Origin: Thermoproteota archaeon
GTDB taxonomy: Archaea; Korarchaeota; Korarchaeia; Korarchaeales; Korarchaeaceae
NCBI GenBank assembly: GCA_027491395.1
Contig: JAOZFI010000017.1
Location: forward strand, 1-64,000
Reading direction: 5' to 3'
DNA: 64,000 bases
Positions 1 to 9,709 of this stretch are shown one piece after another. The notes below the pieces were generated by a model that was given only the letters and a program-made list of their open reading frames with translations, had not been told where the DNA came from and searched no databases. Made by a program: the position numbers and the translations under genes. Within the stretch, counting starts at the first letter, position 1. Each line of letters starts with the position of its first letter.

Positions 1-3
1 AGG

Positions 4-1494
4 ATGGAGGGAATAGTGAAGAGGTTCCCCGGAGTCTTAGCGAACGATCACGTCAATTTTGAGCTACTTCCCGGGGAAATCCATGCCCTTTTGGGTGAGA
101 ACGGGGCCGGGAAAACAACTCTCATGAACATACTCTACGGCATATATCAGCCGGACGATGGGAAGATCTTCGTAAAGGGGAAGGAAGTTAGGATACGCAG
201 CCCTAGGGATGCGATAAGACTTGGAATAGGGATGGTGCATCAACACTTCCTTTTGGTGGACAAGCACACCGTGGCCGAGAATCTAGCCATGGGTTACGCT
301 AGGAGCTTCCTCAATCCCCTGAGAGAGGTAAAGGATAGGATAAGAGACTTCGCAGAAAAGTACGGGATCCAAGTGGATCCCGACGCTTACATTTGGCAGC
401 TCTCGGTGGGGGAGCAACAGAGAGTGGAGATAGTGAAGGCCCTCTATGCAGGGGCGGACATCCTCATCTTGGACGAGCCCACATCGGTTCTCACGCCCCA
501 GGAGGCTAGGGACCTCTTCAATGTGCTCAGGAGGATGAAGGAAGACGGAAAAGGCATTGTCTTCATCACGCACAAGCTCTCGGAGGTCTTCGAGGTGGCG
601 GACAGGGTTACGGTCATGAGGAGGGGAAGGGTAGTCGGCACGCTCAGAGTGGAGGAAGCAACCAAGGAATCGCTGGCTAGGATGATGGTGGGGAGGGATG
701 TGGTCTTCGAGCTGGAGAAGGTGCCTGGCAAGCCAGGAAGGCCGGTCCTCGAGGTTAGAGACCTAATTGTCCTCGGTGATAGGGGAAGAGAGGCCGTCAA
801 GGGTATCAGCTTCGAGGTGAGGGAGGGAGAGATATTCGGTGTCGCTGGAGTGGCGGGGAACGGGCAGAGAGAGCTGGTGCAAGCTATAGTGGGATTGAGG
901 AGGGTGAAATCTGGCTCCGTGAGTGTGATGGGGGTGGATGCTACCAATAAATCGCCTCGAGAGATCGCTGAGCTGGGTGTCGGACACATTCCGGAGGAGA
1001 GGCTCAAGTTCGGCATAGTCCCCGACATGAGCGTCGCGGAGAACTCCGTGCTGAAGAGCTACTACAGGCCACCCTACAGGAGGGGTCTGCTACTCGACTA
1101 CGGCGAGATAAGGAGGACCGCCGAGTCTCTCATAAACGAGTACGAGATAGCTGTCCCCTCACCTGACACGCAGGCCAGGCTCCTCTCAGGAGGTAACATG
1201 CAGAAGCTCATAGTGGGGAGGGAGATGAGGAGGGACCCCAAACTCATAGTGGCCTCCAACCCGACCTTTGGCTTGGATGTGGGAGCCACAGAGTACATAA
1301 GAAAACTCCTTCTCAAGAAAAGGGACGAGGGAAGGGCCATCCTCCTTGTATCGGGCGACTTGGATGAGGTGATCCAGCTCAGCGATCGCATAGCTGTGAT
1401 GTTCGAGGGTAGGTTTGTGGGAGTAGTCAGGCCGGAGGAAGTGGCGAGGGAGGAGATCGGCCTCATGATGTCCGGATCGGAGGTGCTCCGATGA
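4..1494 (+). CDS. Sugar/nucleoside ABC transporter ATP-binding protein (two ABC domains; true start may lie upstream of the window)
   Basis: Walker A GENGAGKT, LSVGEQQ signature, ILDEPT, second domain LSGGNMQK. Confidence 0.95.
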   Translation: MEGIVKRFPGVLANDHVNFELLPGEIHALLGENGAGKTTLMNILYGIYQPDDGKIFVKGKEVRIRSPRDAIRLGIGMVHQHFLLVDKHTVAENLAMGYARSFLNPLREVKDRIRDFAEKYGIQVDPDAYIWQLSVGEQQRVEIVKALYAGADILILDEPTSVLTPQEARDLFNVLRRMKEDGKGIVFITHKLSEVFEVADRVTVMRRGRVVGTLRVEEATKESLARMMVGRDVVFELEKVPGKPGRPVLEVRDLIVLGDRGREAVKGISFEVREGEIFGVAGVAGNGQRELVQAIVGLRRVKSGSVSVMGVDATNKSPREIAELGVGHIPEERLKFGIVPDMSVAENSVLKSYYRPPYRRGLLLDYGEIRRTAESLINEYEIAVPSPDTQARLLSGGNMQKLIVGREMRRDPKLIVASNPTFGLDVGATEYIRKLLLKKRDEGRAILLVSGDLDEVIQLSDRIAVMFEGRFVGVVRPEEVAREEIGLMMSGSEVLR

Positions 1495-2564
1495 GGTTGA
1501 GGGTTACCAAGAGAGTTGAGACGAGCAGGAAGATTATGATTCTCGTGAGGATATCATCGGTTTTCGCTGCCCTGATGACTGCCTCGATTGTCTTCTTGGT
1601 TTACGGCCTGAATCCCGTCGATGTATACTCCTCAATATTCTACAACGCGTTCGCTACTCGCATAGGCGTGATGGAATCTGTGGTTAGAATGATTCCCCTC
1701 CTCTTGGTGAGCTCAGGCCTCGCCTTGGTGTTCAGGACGGGGTTCTGGAATATAGGGGCAGAGGGCCAGCTGCTGGCGGGGGCGATGGCAGCTTACATGA
1801 TAGCGGTGAACTACGGGTCACTTCCGTCAGCGTTGCTCATTCCCATCCTCTTCTCCATCGGGTTCGCTGCGGGAGCCGCTTGGGGCATACCACCAGCGAT
1901 CCTGAAGGCCAAGCTCAACGTGAACGAGGTCATCTCCACCCTCATGCTGTACTACGTCTTGTATTGGATGTTCCAGCACCTCATCCACGGTCCTTGGAAG
2001 GCTAAGGAGAAGGTCGGACAGCTCACTTACGGCGGCTTCGCCCACACGGAGGTGATACCAGAAGCGTCTCACCTTCCCCTGATAGATGGCACGAGGATCC
2101 ACTGGCCCACCCTTCTGATAGCTGTGATCACCTCCATCTTGGCCTACCTGATCCTGAGGAAGACCCCTTGGGGGTTCGAGATGAGAGCCATGGGAAGCAA
2201 TCCAGATGCCGCCGCGGCGGCCGGCATGAGCTACATGAGGACCGTGGTTCTGGCCATGGTGGTGAGCGGTGGCTTGGCGGGGATCGCGGGAGTGGGGGAG
2301 CTTTGCGGTGTACAGAAGAGGTTCACCCCAGAGTTCCTCTCCGGATACGGGTTTTCCGGAATAATAACCGCTTGGCTGGGGGGTAACAATCCTCTAAGCC
2401 TGATCGTGACGAATTTCCTCTATGGAGGCCTTTTAGTCGGTGGAGAATACATAATGATAACGTACAGGCTTCCCATAGGGGTAGTGGACCTCTTCAATGG
2501 GATCATACTGTTCTTCGTCCTCGCTGGTGAGTTTCTAGTGAGGTACAGGGTGGTGAGGAGATGA
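1491..2564 (+). CDS. Nucleoside/sugar ABC transporter permease
   Basis: Multi-TM; WNIGAEGQ and G-NP-AA motifs; ATGA overlap with ATPase. Confidence 0.92.
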   Translation: MRLRVTKRVETSRKIMILVRISSVFAALMTASIVFLVYGLNPVDVYSSIFYNAFATRIGVMESVVRMIPLLLVSSGLALVFRTGFWNIGAEGQLLAGAMAAYMIAVNYGSLPSALLIPILFSIGFAAGAAWGIPPAILKAKLNVNEVISTLMLYYVLYWMFQHLIHGPWKAKEKVGQLTYGGFAHTEVIPEASHLPLIDGTRIHWPTLLIAVITSILAYLILRKTPWGFEMRAMGSNPDAAAAAGMSYMRTVVLAMVVSGGLAGIAGVGELCGVQKRFTPEFLSGYGFSGIITAWLGGNNPLSLIVTNFLYGGLLVGGEYIMITYRLPIGVVDLFNGIILFFVLAGEFLVRYRVVRR

Positions 2565-3496
2565 TCGAGGCCAAGCTAATCGAGAATATCCTCTGGATAG
2601 GTCTGAGGTCGGCGACGCCTCTCCTCCTCGCGGCACTAGGTGAGATATATGCAGAGAGATCCGGAATTCTGAACTTAGGTGTTGAGGGAATGATGGCCGT
2701 GGGTGCCCTGAGCTCTTTCGCGACCGCCCTAGTCACAGGGAACCCGTGGTTGGGAGTTCTGGTCGGGATGCTTTCCGGGGGCTCGCTATCGATGATACAT
2801 GGAGCCATAAGCATAGGACTCAAGGGAAATCAGGTGGTTTCGGGGCTTGCCCTGACCATGTTCGGCCTAGGACTCAGCAGCGTCCTCGGAAGGGTTTACG
2901 TGGGAAACCAGCTACCAGTGGAGGCGAGGTTCCTTCCGAAACCCGTGGAACCACTATCGTCCATCCCGGTACTGGGGAAGGTGCTCTTCGACCAAGATCC
3001 CCTCTTCTACGTCTCCCTGCTTCTGGCCCTGATCATGTGGTTCCTCCTATACAGGACGAAGTACGGGATAGTCATAAGGTCTACCGGGGAGAACCCAGCT
3101 GCCGTTGATGCGATGGGCATAAATGTGAACAAGGTCAGGTACTTGAGCACCCTCATTGGGGGGATACTTGCCGGGCTCGCCGGCGCCTACCTATCAGTCG
3201 CGTATAATCCGGCTTGGATAGAGAACATGACCGCCGGGAGGGGGTGGATAGCTCTGGCACTCGTGATATTCTCACTTTGGGACCCTCTCAGAGCCCTCTT
3301 GGGCTCGTACCTCTTTGGCGTCGTGGAGGCGAGCGGTTACACGCTTCAGGCCTATGGTTACAGCCAATGGCTTCTAAACGGACTTCCCTATCTTCTGACC
3401 ATAGTAATACTGACTCTAGGAGCCACTGAATCTATGAGGAGGAGGATGGGAGCCCCTGCAGCACTGGGCAAACCGTACGAAAGAGAAGAGAGGTAA
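2561..3496 (+). CDS. Nucleoside/sugar ABC transporter permease
   Basis: ERSGILNLGVEG, GENPAAVDAMG, AGRGWIALA motifs. Confidence 0.92.
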   Translation: MIEAKLIENILWIGLRSATPLLLAALGEIYAERSGILNLGVEGMMAVGALSSFATALVTGNPWLGVLVGMLSGGSLSMIHGAISIGLKGNQVVSGLALTMFGLGLSSVLGRVYVGNQLPVEARFLPKPVEPLSSIPVLGKVLFDQDPLFYVSLLLALIMWFLLYRTKYGIVIRSTGENPAAVDAMGINVNKVRYLSTLIGGILAGLAGAYLSVAYNPAWIENMTAGRGWIALALVIFSLWDPLRALLGSYLFGVVEASGYTLQAYGYSQWLLNGLPYLLTIVILTLGATESMRRRMGAPAALGKPYEREER

Positions 3497-3497
3497 A

Positions 3498-3555
3498 TAG
3501 GAGAGGCTCGCGACCCCCCATGAGGTTCAAGCCCTCTACCCGCGGGCCTCTCCTA
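3498..3555. repeat. 15-bp inverted repeat (hairpin) between permease and substrate-binding gene
   Basis: TAGGAGAGGCTCGCG (3498-3512) pairs with CGCGGGCCTCTCCTA (3541-3555), one G-U pair on the + strand. Confidence 0.75.
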
Positions 3556-3689
3556 GGCCGCCGCCCACGGCAGCCTCCTACTCCTTTCACCTCTTATTTG
3601 AAAACTTTTCGGTGCAGGTGAAACGGCTGGGTCATCTTTATGAAATGCCCGCTGGCCTCAGCCACAACACCCCCCATGAGGTAGTTAGT

Positions 3690-5015
3690 ATGACCTCTAC
3701 CCAGTGGGCCGCGATAGCGGTAATACTCCTTATTCTAGGCCTGATTGCGGGTTATTTTGCCGCTCCGAGTCGTGTCACCACGGTCACCCAGACCGTGACT
3801 GTAGGAGCTACAGGAGCACCCGCTAAGACCGTCACGGTCACCGAAACCAAGACCATCTCGCCTGAGGGCAGGAAGATAAAGGCCGCTTGGATATACGTGG
3901 GGCCGATAGGGGACATAGGATGGACCTACGCCCACCATCAAGCGAAGGAGATGGTGGATAAAAAGTACGACTGGCTTGAGACGACTCACGTAGAGTCAGT
4001 AGCTCCTGCCGATGCCGCTGGCGTGATAGAACAGCTCATCTCCCAAGGTTACGACGTGATCTTCACCACGAGTTTCGACTTCATGGATCCGACGCTGGAA
4101 GAGGCCCAGAAGCATCCTGACAAGATATTCTGGCACTGTTCAGGGTACAAGAGGGCTCCTAACATGGGTACATACTTCGCGGACTTCTACCAGGTCTACT
4201 ACCTGAACGGTCTCATGGCCGGAGCCCTGACCAAGACCAAGAAGATAGGCTATGTGGCGGCGCACCTGATACCCGAGGTCGTCAGGCACATAAACGCCTT
4301 CTCCTTGGGAGTTAAGGAGGTCTGCGGGGACTGCAAGGTATACGTCAGGGAGATAGGAGCTTGGTACGATCCCACAAAAGCCAGACAGGCAGCGGAGTCC
4401 TTGATATCTGAGGGAGTGGATGTGCTCGCATTCACAGAGGACTCGCCGACTGTCGTTCAGGTCGCAGAAGAGCACTTCCAGAGGGGAGAGCGCGTTCTCG
4501 CCTTCGGTCACTACAGCCCCATGGAGAAGTTTGGGAAGGATGTTTGCGTCAGCGGCCAGCTCGTCCATTGGGAGGTGATATACGACGACATCCTCAGCAA
4601 GATATACGCTGGCTCCTACACACCTAAGAACCTCCAAGATGTCGATTACTGGTGGAAACTGAAGGAAGGCGCAGTGGAACTCGGCTGCGCCTACAACCAA
4701 CCAATCAATCCTAAATTTGTGGGCGAGCTGAAGTCCGTTAAGGTGAATGAGAAGGTCCAGCTTCCGAACGGTACAGTGATAGAGAATCCAGACGTTTACA
4801 CGCTCGTCATGGCGAGGCTCGTACAGATGGGTGCCGTTTGGACCGGTAAGAAGTGGGTATTCGTTAACGACGAGACATTCGACCCGTTCACTGGACCGAT
4901 ATACGATAACGAGGGCAAGTTAAGGGTGCTCCCCGGACAGAGGATAGGCCACGATGAGCTCTGGTCCATGCAGTGGTGGGTAGATAACGTGGTAGGTCCA
5001 TCATTGGGAGGCTAA
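3690..5015 (+). CDS. BMP-family ABC substrate-binding protein (nucleoside), N-terminal membrane anchor and Thr-rich linker
   Basis: YVGPIGDIGWTYAH and TTSFDFM motifs; start moved to ATG 3690 after SD GAGGT. Confidence 0.92.
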   Translation: MTSTQWAAIAVILLILGLIAGYFAAPSRVTTVTQTVTVGATGAPAKTVTVTETKTISPEGRKIKAAWIYVGPIGDIGWTYAHHQAKEMVDKKYDWLETTHVESVAPADAAGVIEQLISQGYDVIFTTSFDFMDPTLEEAQKHPDKIFWHCSGYKRAPNMGTYFADFYQVYYLNGLMAGALTKTKKIGYVAAHLIPEVVRHINAFSLGVKEVCGDCKVYVREIGAWYDPTKARQAAESLISEGVDVLAFTEDSPTVVQVAEEHFQRGERVLAFGHYSPMEKFGKDVCVSGQLVHWEVIYDDILSKIYAGSYTPKNLQDVDYWWKLKEGAVELGCAYNQPINPKFVGELKSVKVNEKVQLPNGTVIENPDVYTLVMARLVQMGAVWTGKKWVFVNDETFDPFTGPIYDNEGKLRVLPGQRIGHDELWSMQWWVDNVVGPSLGG

Positions 5016-5020
5016 GCATC

Positions 5021-5051
5021 TTCTCCCTCCTTCCTTTCTTCTTCTTTTTTT
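5021..5051 (+). terminator. Pyrimidine/oligo-T archaeal terminator of the ABC operon
   Basis: TTCCTTTCTTCTTCTTTTTTT right after the stop, between convergent genes. Confidence 0.55.
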
Positions 5052-5058
5052 AAAGGGA

Positions 5059-5931
5059 TTAGATCTCCTTCCTCATCCACTTGTACCTGCTTACTGGCTC
5101 GAAGCCAGCGGCCTCGAACGCTGCCCTATACCTGCACCAAGTCTGCGTAACTACCTTGGGCACGCCCATCTCATTGGCGAGGGTAACCGCCATCTCAGCA
5201 GAATCAAATATCTGACCAAGACTGGCCCTCTTCGGTCCCCATATCAGGGCGTAAAGGTGATCATCGTCCCTAGTAGGCTGGAACATCGCGAGGATGAGTT
5301 GCCACAGCCCCACCCTGACCTTCACGACTCTCGGCGAGGGAAGACCCACACTCTCCCTGTCCCACAGTAGCTCCCAAAGGAGGGATGAGGGCCTTGTCTG
5401 TCCAGCGATCATCTGGGCGGCAGCGGGGAATTCCTCCCTAGTGACATCCTCTAACTTGGGCTGCTCGGGTGCAGGCCTCGCCGGCGCCTCCATGAGCACC
5501 TGAGAATCGATCTCCCTGAATCCCAAGTTTTCGAAGAAGGGAAGGGCCTCGTTGGTCGGTATTGTGTCCAAGTGACGCATTCCCATTCCCCTAGCTAGAT
5601 CCATACACCTCTCAACGAGCTTCCTCCCTACGCCAGTCCTCCTCGCCTCCTCCTTGACCCAGACCATCTGCAGGTATGCGTGCTCGCCTACGGGGGTGAG
5701 GAACCTCTCCGGTACGACCTCAGCTTCACCGATTACCTTTCCATCAGACAGAGCGACCACTGCCTTGCCACCGGACGAGTAGAGGGCCTCCAAGTACCAC
5801 CCAAATACTTGGGGGTCTCCCCAGTAGCCGCACTCCTTGATCCGGAGATCGAAGGTCATATCCTTCCAGTTGGGGCAGTGAATCGAGACAACTTCATCCA
5901 ACAAATCATGCCTGAACTCAACTATCTCCAA
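5059..5931 (-). CDS. GNAT-family N-acetyltransferase (probably tandem GNAT fold)
   Basis: V-EEARRTGVGRKL acetyl-CoA motif A; ALPFFENLGF; second GF motif at the C-terminus. Confidence 0.85.
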   Translation of the reverse strand: MEIVEFRHDLLDEVVSIHCPNWKDMTFDLRIKECGYWGDPQVFGWYLEALYSSGGKAVVALSDGKVIGEAEVVPERFLTPVGEHAYLQMVWVKEEARRTGVGRKLVERCMDLARGMGMRHLDTIPTNEALPFFENLGFREIDSQVLMEAPARPAPEQPKLEDVTREEFPAAAQMIAGQTRPSSLLWELLWDRESVGLPSPRVVKVRVGLWQLILAMFQPTRDDDHLYALIWGPKRASLGQIFDSAEMAVTLANEMGVPKVVTQTWCRYRAAFEAAGFEPVSRYKWMRKEI

Positions 5932-6695
5932 GAGGGATCCTCCTCCACCAGCCGGGCGAGCTCTCTGAAGATTTCTCCCGCAGGCCCTCTCAACCTGATG
6001 TTCGCCAAGCTACTTAAATTAGTTTCCTCCGGATTCACTTCCACCAGTATCTTCCCTCGCCTCGCCGCGTTTATGGGTAACAGGGCTGCAGGCATGACCA
6101 CACCACTAGTTCCCACAACGAGGACGACCTCCGCCTCAGAGAACAAACTCTCTGCCCTCTCGAACTGGTCCATCGGAATGGGCTCCTCGAACCACACCAC
6201 ATCAGGCCTGAGAAGCCCACCACACTCTCTACACCTCGGTAAATCATCCTCTGGTATGTTCCCGAAACCTAGATTGAACCGCTTACCGCATGCAATGCAC
6301 CTAACCCTCCATATCGAACCGTGGAGCTCTACGACTAGTCTAGAGCCAGCTCTCTGGTGGAGCCCGTCGACGTTCTGGGTCACCACGCCCATGAGTATGC
6401 CCTTCCTCTCCCAGTCAGCCATTACCTTGTGGGCCCAAGTTGGCTCGGCCCTCGCGATTACGGACATTCTCCACTTATACCACTCCCAGACTCTCTTGGG
6501 GTTGGACTCGAACGCTCGGGGCGTGGCCAACTCCTCAGGCCTGTACCTGTTCCAGAGCCCATCCTTCCCCCTGAAGGTCGGGATACCTGCCTCAGCTGAG
6601 GTCCCAGCTCCTGTGAACGCCAGCACCTTTCCTGTATGCTCCTTGATCAAGCGGGCCGCTGAGGACAGGTCCTCGGAAGGGACGATCTCACTCAC
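5922..6695 (-). CDS. cobB: Sir2-family NAD-dependent protein deacylase
   Basis: TGAGTSAEAGIPTFRG, TQNVDGLHQRAG, ELHG, two CxxC, RPDVVWF. Confidence 0.96.
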   Translation of the reverse strand: MSEIVPSEDLSSAARLIKEHTGKVLAFTGAGTSAEAGIPTFRGKDGLWNRYRPEELATPRAFESNPKRVWEWYKWRMSVIARAEPTWAHKVMADWERKGILMGVVTQNVDGLHQRAGSRLVVELHGSIWRVRCIACGKRFNLGFGNIPEDDLPRCRECGGLLRPDVVWFEEPIPMDQFERAESLFSEAEVVLVVGTSGVVMPAALLPINAARRGKILVEVNPEETNLSSLANIRLRGPAGEIFRELARLVEEDPSWR

Positions 6696-7998
6696 CTAAC
6701 CTCACCTCCGGCGGAGAGCTGGGATACGGTCTCACCTCGGCCTCGAGGGGACACCCTCCCCTGCAGACTTGGAGCAGAGGGCAGGAGAAGCACGCTTCCC
6801 CCACGAAACGGAGTTCCCTGATCTTCAGGCACTCATCGTGATACCAGATCTTCTCCCAAGAATCCCTCAGGATGTGACCTAGAACCTTGTAATGACTCTG
6901 GCAAGGTATCACGGATCCATCGGGCTCTACCGCTAGGGTTATGCTGCACGCCGAGCAGAACTTCGGTCCCAGACCCTCGCTCATCGGGTCTAGCTCACAG
7001 TAACGGGTCACCCCGAACCACCTGAAGTCCAGATCTAGCTCCGTGGTGAGCTCCTTAGCCTCAGCCAGCACATATCTTATCTCATCAAAGGAGGGCTCCA
7101 GATCTCTCAGGTCCCTGCCCCTTCCGCTGTATATCAGCCTGTTCAGAGAGAATCCATCTACACCCAGATCTGCGGCGAACCGTATCAATGATTCCACTGT
7201 GCTCATGTTCCTCCTGAGGAGGGTCGCATTGACGCTCACGTAGATATCGAACTTGAGCAGGTTCTTGAGCCCCTCGACCGTCTCCTTCCAGCTTCCCCTC
7301 ACTTGGGTTATGGAATCGTGGACCTCTGGATCGCTGGACTCCAAGGTCACCTGAGCGAAATCCAATCCGGCCTCGATCAACCTCTCAACCAGCTCTCGGG
7401 TTAGAAGTCTCCCATTCGTCACTATTCCCGAGACCATCCCGAGCCTCTGGGCCTCGGCCACCAGCTCCGGAAGATCCCTCCTGAGCGTGGGCTCCCCACC
7501 GGTGAAAGTGACTTGAGGGACTCCCAGCTCATGGAACCTCCTTAACACGGCCTTCCACTCATTAGTGCTCAATTCCTTCCGCTCGTCGGGACTGGAGGAG
7601 TAGCAATGGATGCAGGCGTTATTACACCTGTACGTGAGGGCCAAGTCGACCCTGAAGGGGGCACCGAGGGTTGATGGGTCAGGAAAGGCCGGTTTAAACC
7701 CTAGATCGGTTACGGGGTCCTCATATCCCTCGATGAATCTCCTGAGCTTACTGACTACGTCCTCATAGTGCCTCCTCACCTCATCCTTTCTCATGCCCCT
7801 GTAAATCCTCTTCAACTCCCGATAAGCCTCATCCCATCCCTTACCTGAGAGGAAAGCCTTGGCGAATACTGCTGCTGTGTAGTTGAGGTAAGCGACCCTC
7901 TGAGCATCCACCACGAGGGCACCCATGGCTAGGGGATCTATACGGAGCTGGATCCTCCTACCATTCAATTTGAATGTCAGGAATTCCCTCTCGATCAA
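6688..7998 (-). CDS. Radical SAM/SPASM protein with N-terminal PqqD/RRE-like domain
   Basis: CNNACIHC, FTGGEP, SPASM CSAC...PC...CFSC..VCRGGC; TTG start at 7998 overlaps upstream TGA and follows GGAGGTGG. Confidence 0.92.
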   Translation of the reverse strand: MIEREFLTFKLNGRRIQLRIDPLAMGALVVDAQRVAYLNYTAAVFAKAFLSGKGWDEAYRELKRIYRGMRKDEVRRHYEDVVSKLRRFIEGYEDPVTDLGFKPAFPDPSTLGAPFRVDLALTYRCNNACIHCYSSSPDERKELSTNEWKAVLRRFHELGVPQVTFTGGEPTLRRDLPELVAEAQRLGMVSGIVTNGRLLTRELVERLIEAGLDFAQVTLESSDPEVHDSITQVRGSWKETVEGLKNLLKFDIYVSVNATLLRRNMSTVESLIRFAADLGVDGFSLNRLIYSGRGRDLRDLEPSFDEIRYVLAEAKELTTELDLDFRWFGVTRYCELDPMSEGLGPKFCSACSITLAVEPDGSVIPCQSHYKVLGHILRDSWEKIWYHDECLKIRELRFVGEACFSCPLLQVCRGGCPLEAEVRPYPSSPPEVRLGE

Positions 7999-9659
7999 CC
8001 AACCCCACCTCCAGCACAGGCACAAGCGCAACTCACACATGCGCAAGCACATGCGCAGCTGACACAGGCGCAGCTGACTGATGCCGTTCTCCTAGCTCGA
8101 GGTCTGGAGGGGACTATGACCTCAGCGACTCTGTTGGCGAAGTCCTCTATGTTTCTGACAATATTAGAGGAGACCTCCTCGACCGATCTGGCGATGATAT
8201 CGGCGGCTTTCTCTATGTCCGGGATGACTGGGACATCTACCTTGCCACTAGGCGTCCCAGACGTATCAGGAGCTCTGGGAATCCTCGGAGTGGGGGGAAT
8301 CGAGGTCCATCTACCCCTAGGCCACCATATCCACACATCGTCCAGCGGATAGGGATAGGAGGTAAAGACTACCTTCCCCTTAGGACTCTTCAATGCCTTT
8401 CTCAAACTTCTCTCGAAATCAGGATCTGTCAACAGCCATGCAAGATTACTCTTGACGAGATCGAGCTTCTCCTCCAAGGGAGCATCCTCGATCATCTCCC
8501 ATATTGATCTCACCTTGCTGTCGTAGAAAGCGAGGGTCTCCCTCCTCGAGTATCCAGATAGCTCTCTCTCCACCCTCCTGTGTATGAGCTTGATTACCTT
8601 AACTAGGCAATCTTGGTCTAGAGATCCGTCCTCCATCACACAGTCCAAGAACCTCTTCTCATAGATCCTCAGGTCCCTCCTCGATCCCTCTAACCTCCTA
8701 AGTTTAAGTGGATCTAGGCTATCCACCGCCAAGAACCCCTTCTCCACCAAGCTGGCTATGAGAACTGCTAAAATTCGCCCGTAACTGAACTTGGCTCCCT
8801 CCAACTTGCGGAGGTAGGCCACTTCCGTTGGACTCATGTTCTTGTTCGGTCCCAAACTCTCCGCGAAGATCTCAGGGGCTTGATAGGGGAGCTTCTCTAT
8901 CCATGACTTGAATAACTTGACTATGGCCACGATGGAGATTATTATCGCTCCCAGAAACACGATCCCTATAATGAAGCTGAGGTAGTCCGGAATTCCGCCG
9001 CCCGCAGGTACCACCTTATCGACGTAGTCCCTTGGAAACGACACCCCTATCTCGAACTTGTAGTTGGGGGGGAGGTCCCTCCTCTCCCAGTAGAGGTATA
9101 TCCTGCCGTCATCCAGCGTCTGCAAGTTGTCGTAATCGGGCTGGTTTCTCACCTCCTCCTTGGAAACCCCAGGAGGTAGTATCACGAATACTTGGAGCAG
9201 CTTTACGGGAGCATTGAACCAGGAGGGTGTGAACATGAGGCCCGCATTGCCGGGGTTAGTCTCGTCCTCATATATGAAGTCCCTAAGCTCGACCTCCACC
9301 ACGTAAGTCCTGCTCTCCCCCGGGTCTATAGGCTCGCTGGGTCTCATCTTCACCGCGTAATATGAGTCCTCCCTTACCTCTTGGGCATCGATCTCAACGG
9401 TTTTTCCATTGGGAAAGATTTCCTTAGTCTCTAGCACGCTGAAAGATGGTGAGGGCATCCCTACTGATACATAGCGGGCTACCGTCCCCGACTTCACCCT
9501 CAGAGTGAGGTTGTACCTCAAGTACACCGTTCCAGAACGCTGTATATCAAGAACGACCTTTTCCCTTTCTATTTCATACACTATCTGACCGCTCGTATTT
9601 ATTAGAGGAATTATGAGCGCGGAGATAACGAGGAATAGTAGAATAAGCCTGAACCTCAT
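7995..9659 (-). CDS. Single-pass membrane protein (DUF2207-like) with C-terminal Cys-Ala repeat tail
   Basis: Signal peptide, central TM (YLSFIIGIVFLGAIIISIVAIV), ends SCACVSCACACACVSCACACAGGGVG. Confidence 0.85.
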   Translation of the reverse strand: MRFRLILLFLVISALIIPLINTSGQIVYEIEREKVVLDIQRSGTVYLRYNLTLRVKSGTVARYVSVGMPSPSFSVLETKEIFPNGKTVEIDAQEVREDSYYAVKMRPSEPIDPGESRTYVVEVELRDFIYEDETNPGNAGLMFTPSWFNAPVKLLQVFVILPPGVSKEEVRNQPDYDNLQTLDDGRIYLYWERRDLPPNYKFEIGVSFPRDYVDKVVPAGGGIPDYLSFIIGIVFLGAIIISIVAIVKLFKSWIEKLPYQAPEIFAESLGPNKNMSPTEVAYLRKLEGAKFSYGRILAVLIASLVEKGFLAVDSLDPLKLRRLEGSRRDLRIYEKRFLDCVMEDGSLDQDCLVKVIKLIHRRVERELSGYSRRETLAFYDSKVRSIWEMIEDAPLEEKLDLVKSNLAWLLTDPDFERSLRKALKSPKGKVVFTSYPYPLDDVWIWWPRGRWTSIPPTPRIPRAPDTSGTPSGKVDVPVIPDIEKAADIIARSVEEVSSNIVRNIEDFANRVAEVIVPSRPRARRTASVSCACVSCACACACVSCACACAGGGVG

Positions 9660-9709
9660 CCTGACTTTGGGAGGGTCCGGAATATTAACTTGGCTCAGGT
9701 CCCTATTCT

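Noticed and set aside
5680-6699. 339-aa plus-strand ORF
   Set aside because: Antisense shadow of the sirtuin/GNAT genes; no motifs.
7999-8052. Cys-rich N-terminus (MCLRMCELRLCLC) of the rSAM in the ORF track
   Set aside because: It is an alternate-frame reading of the upstream gene's Cys-Ala tail; the TTG at 7998 has the SD and stop overlap.
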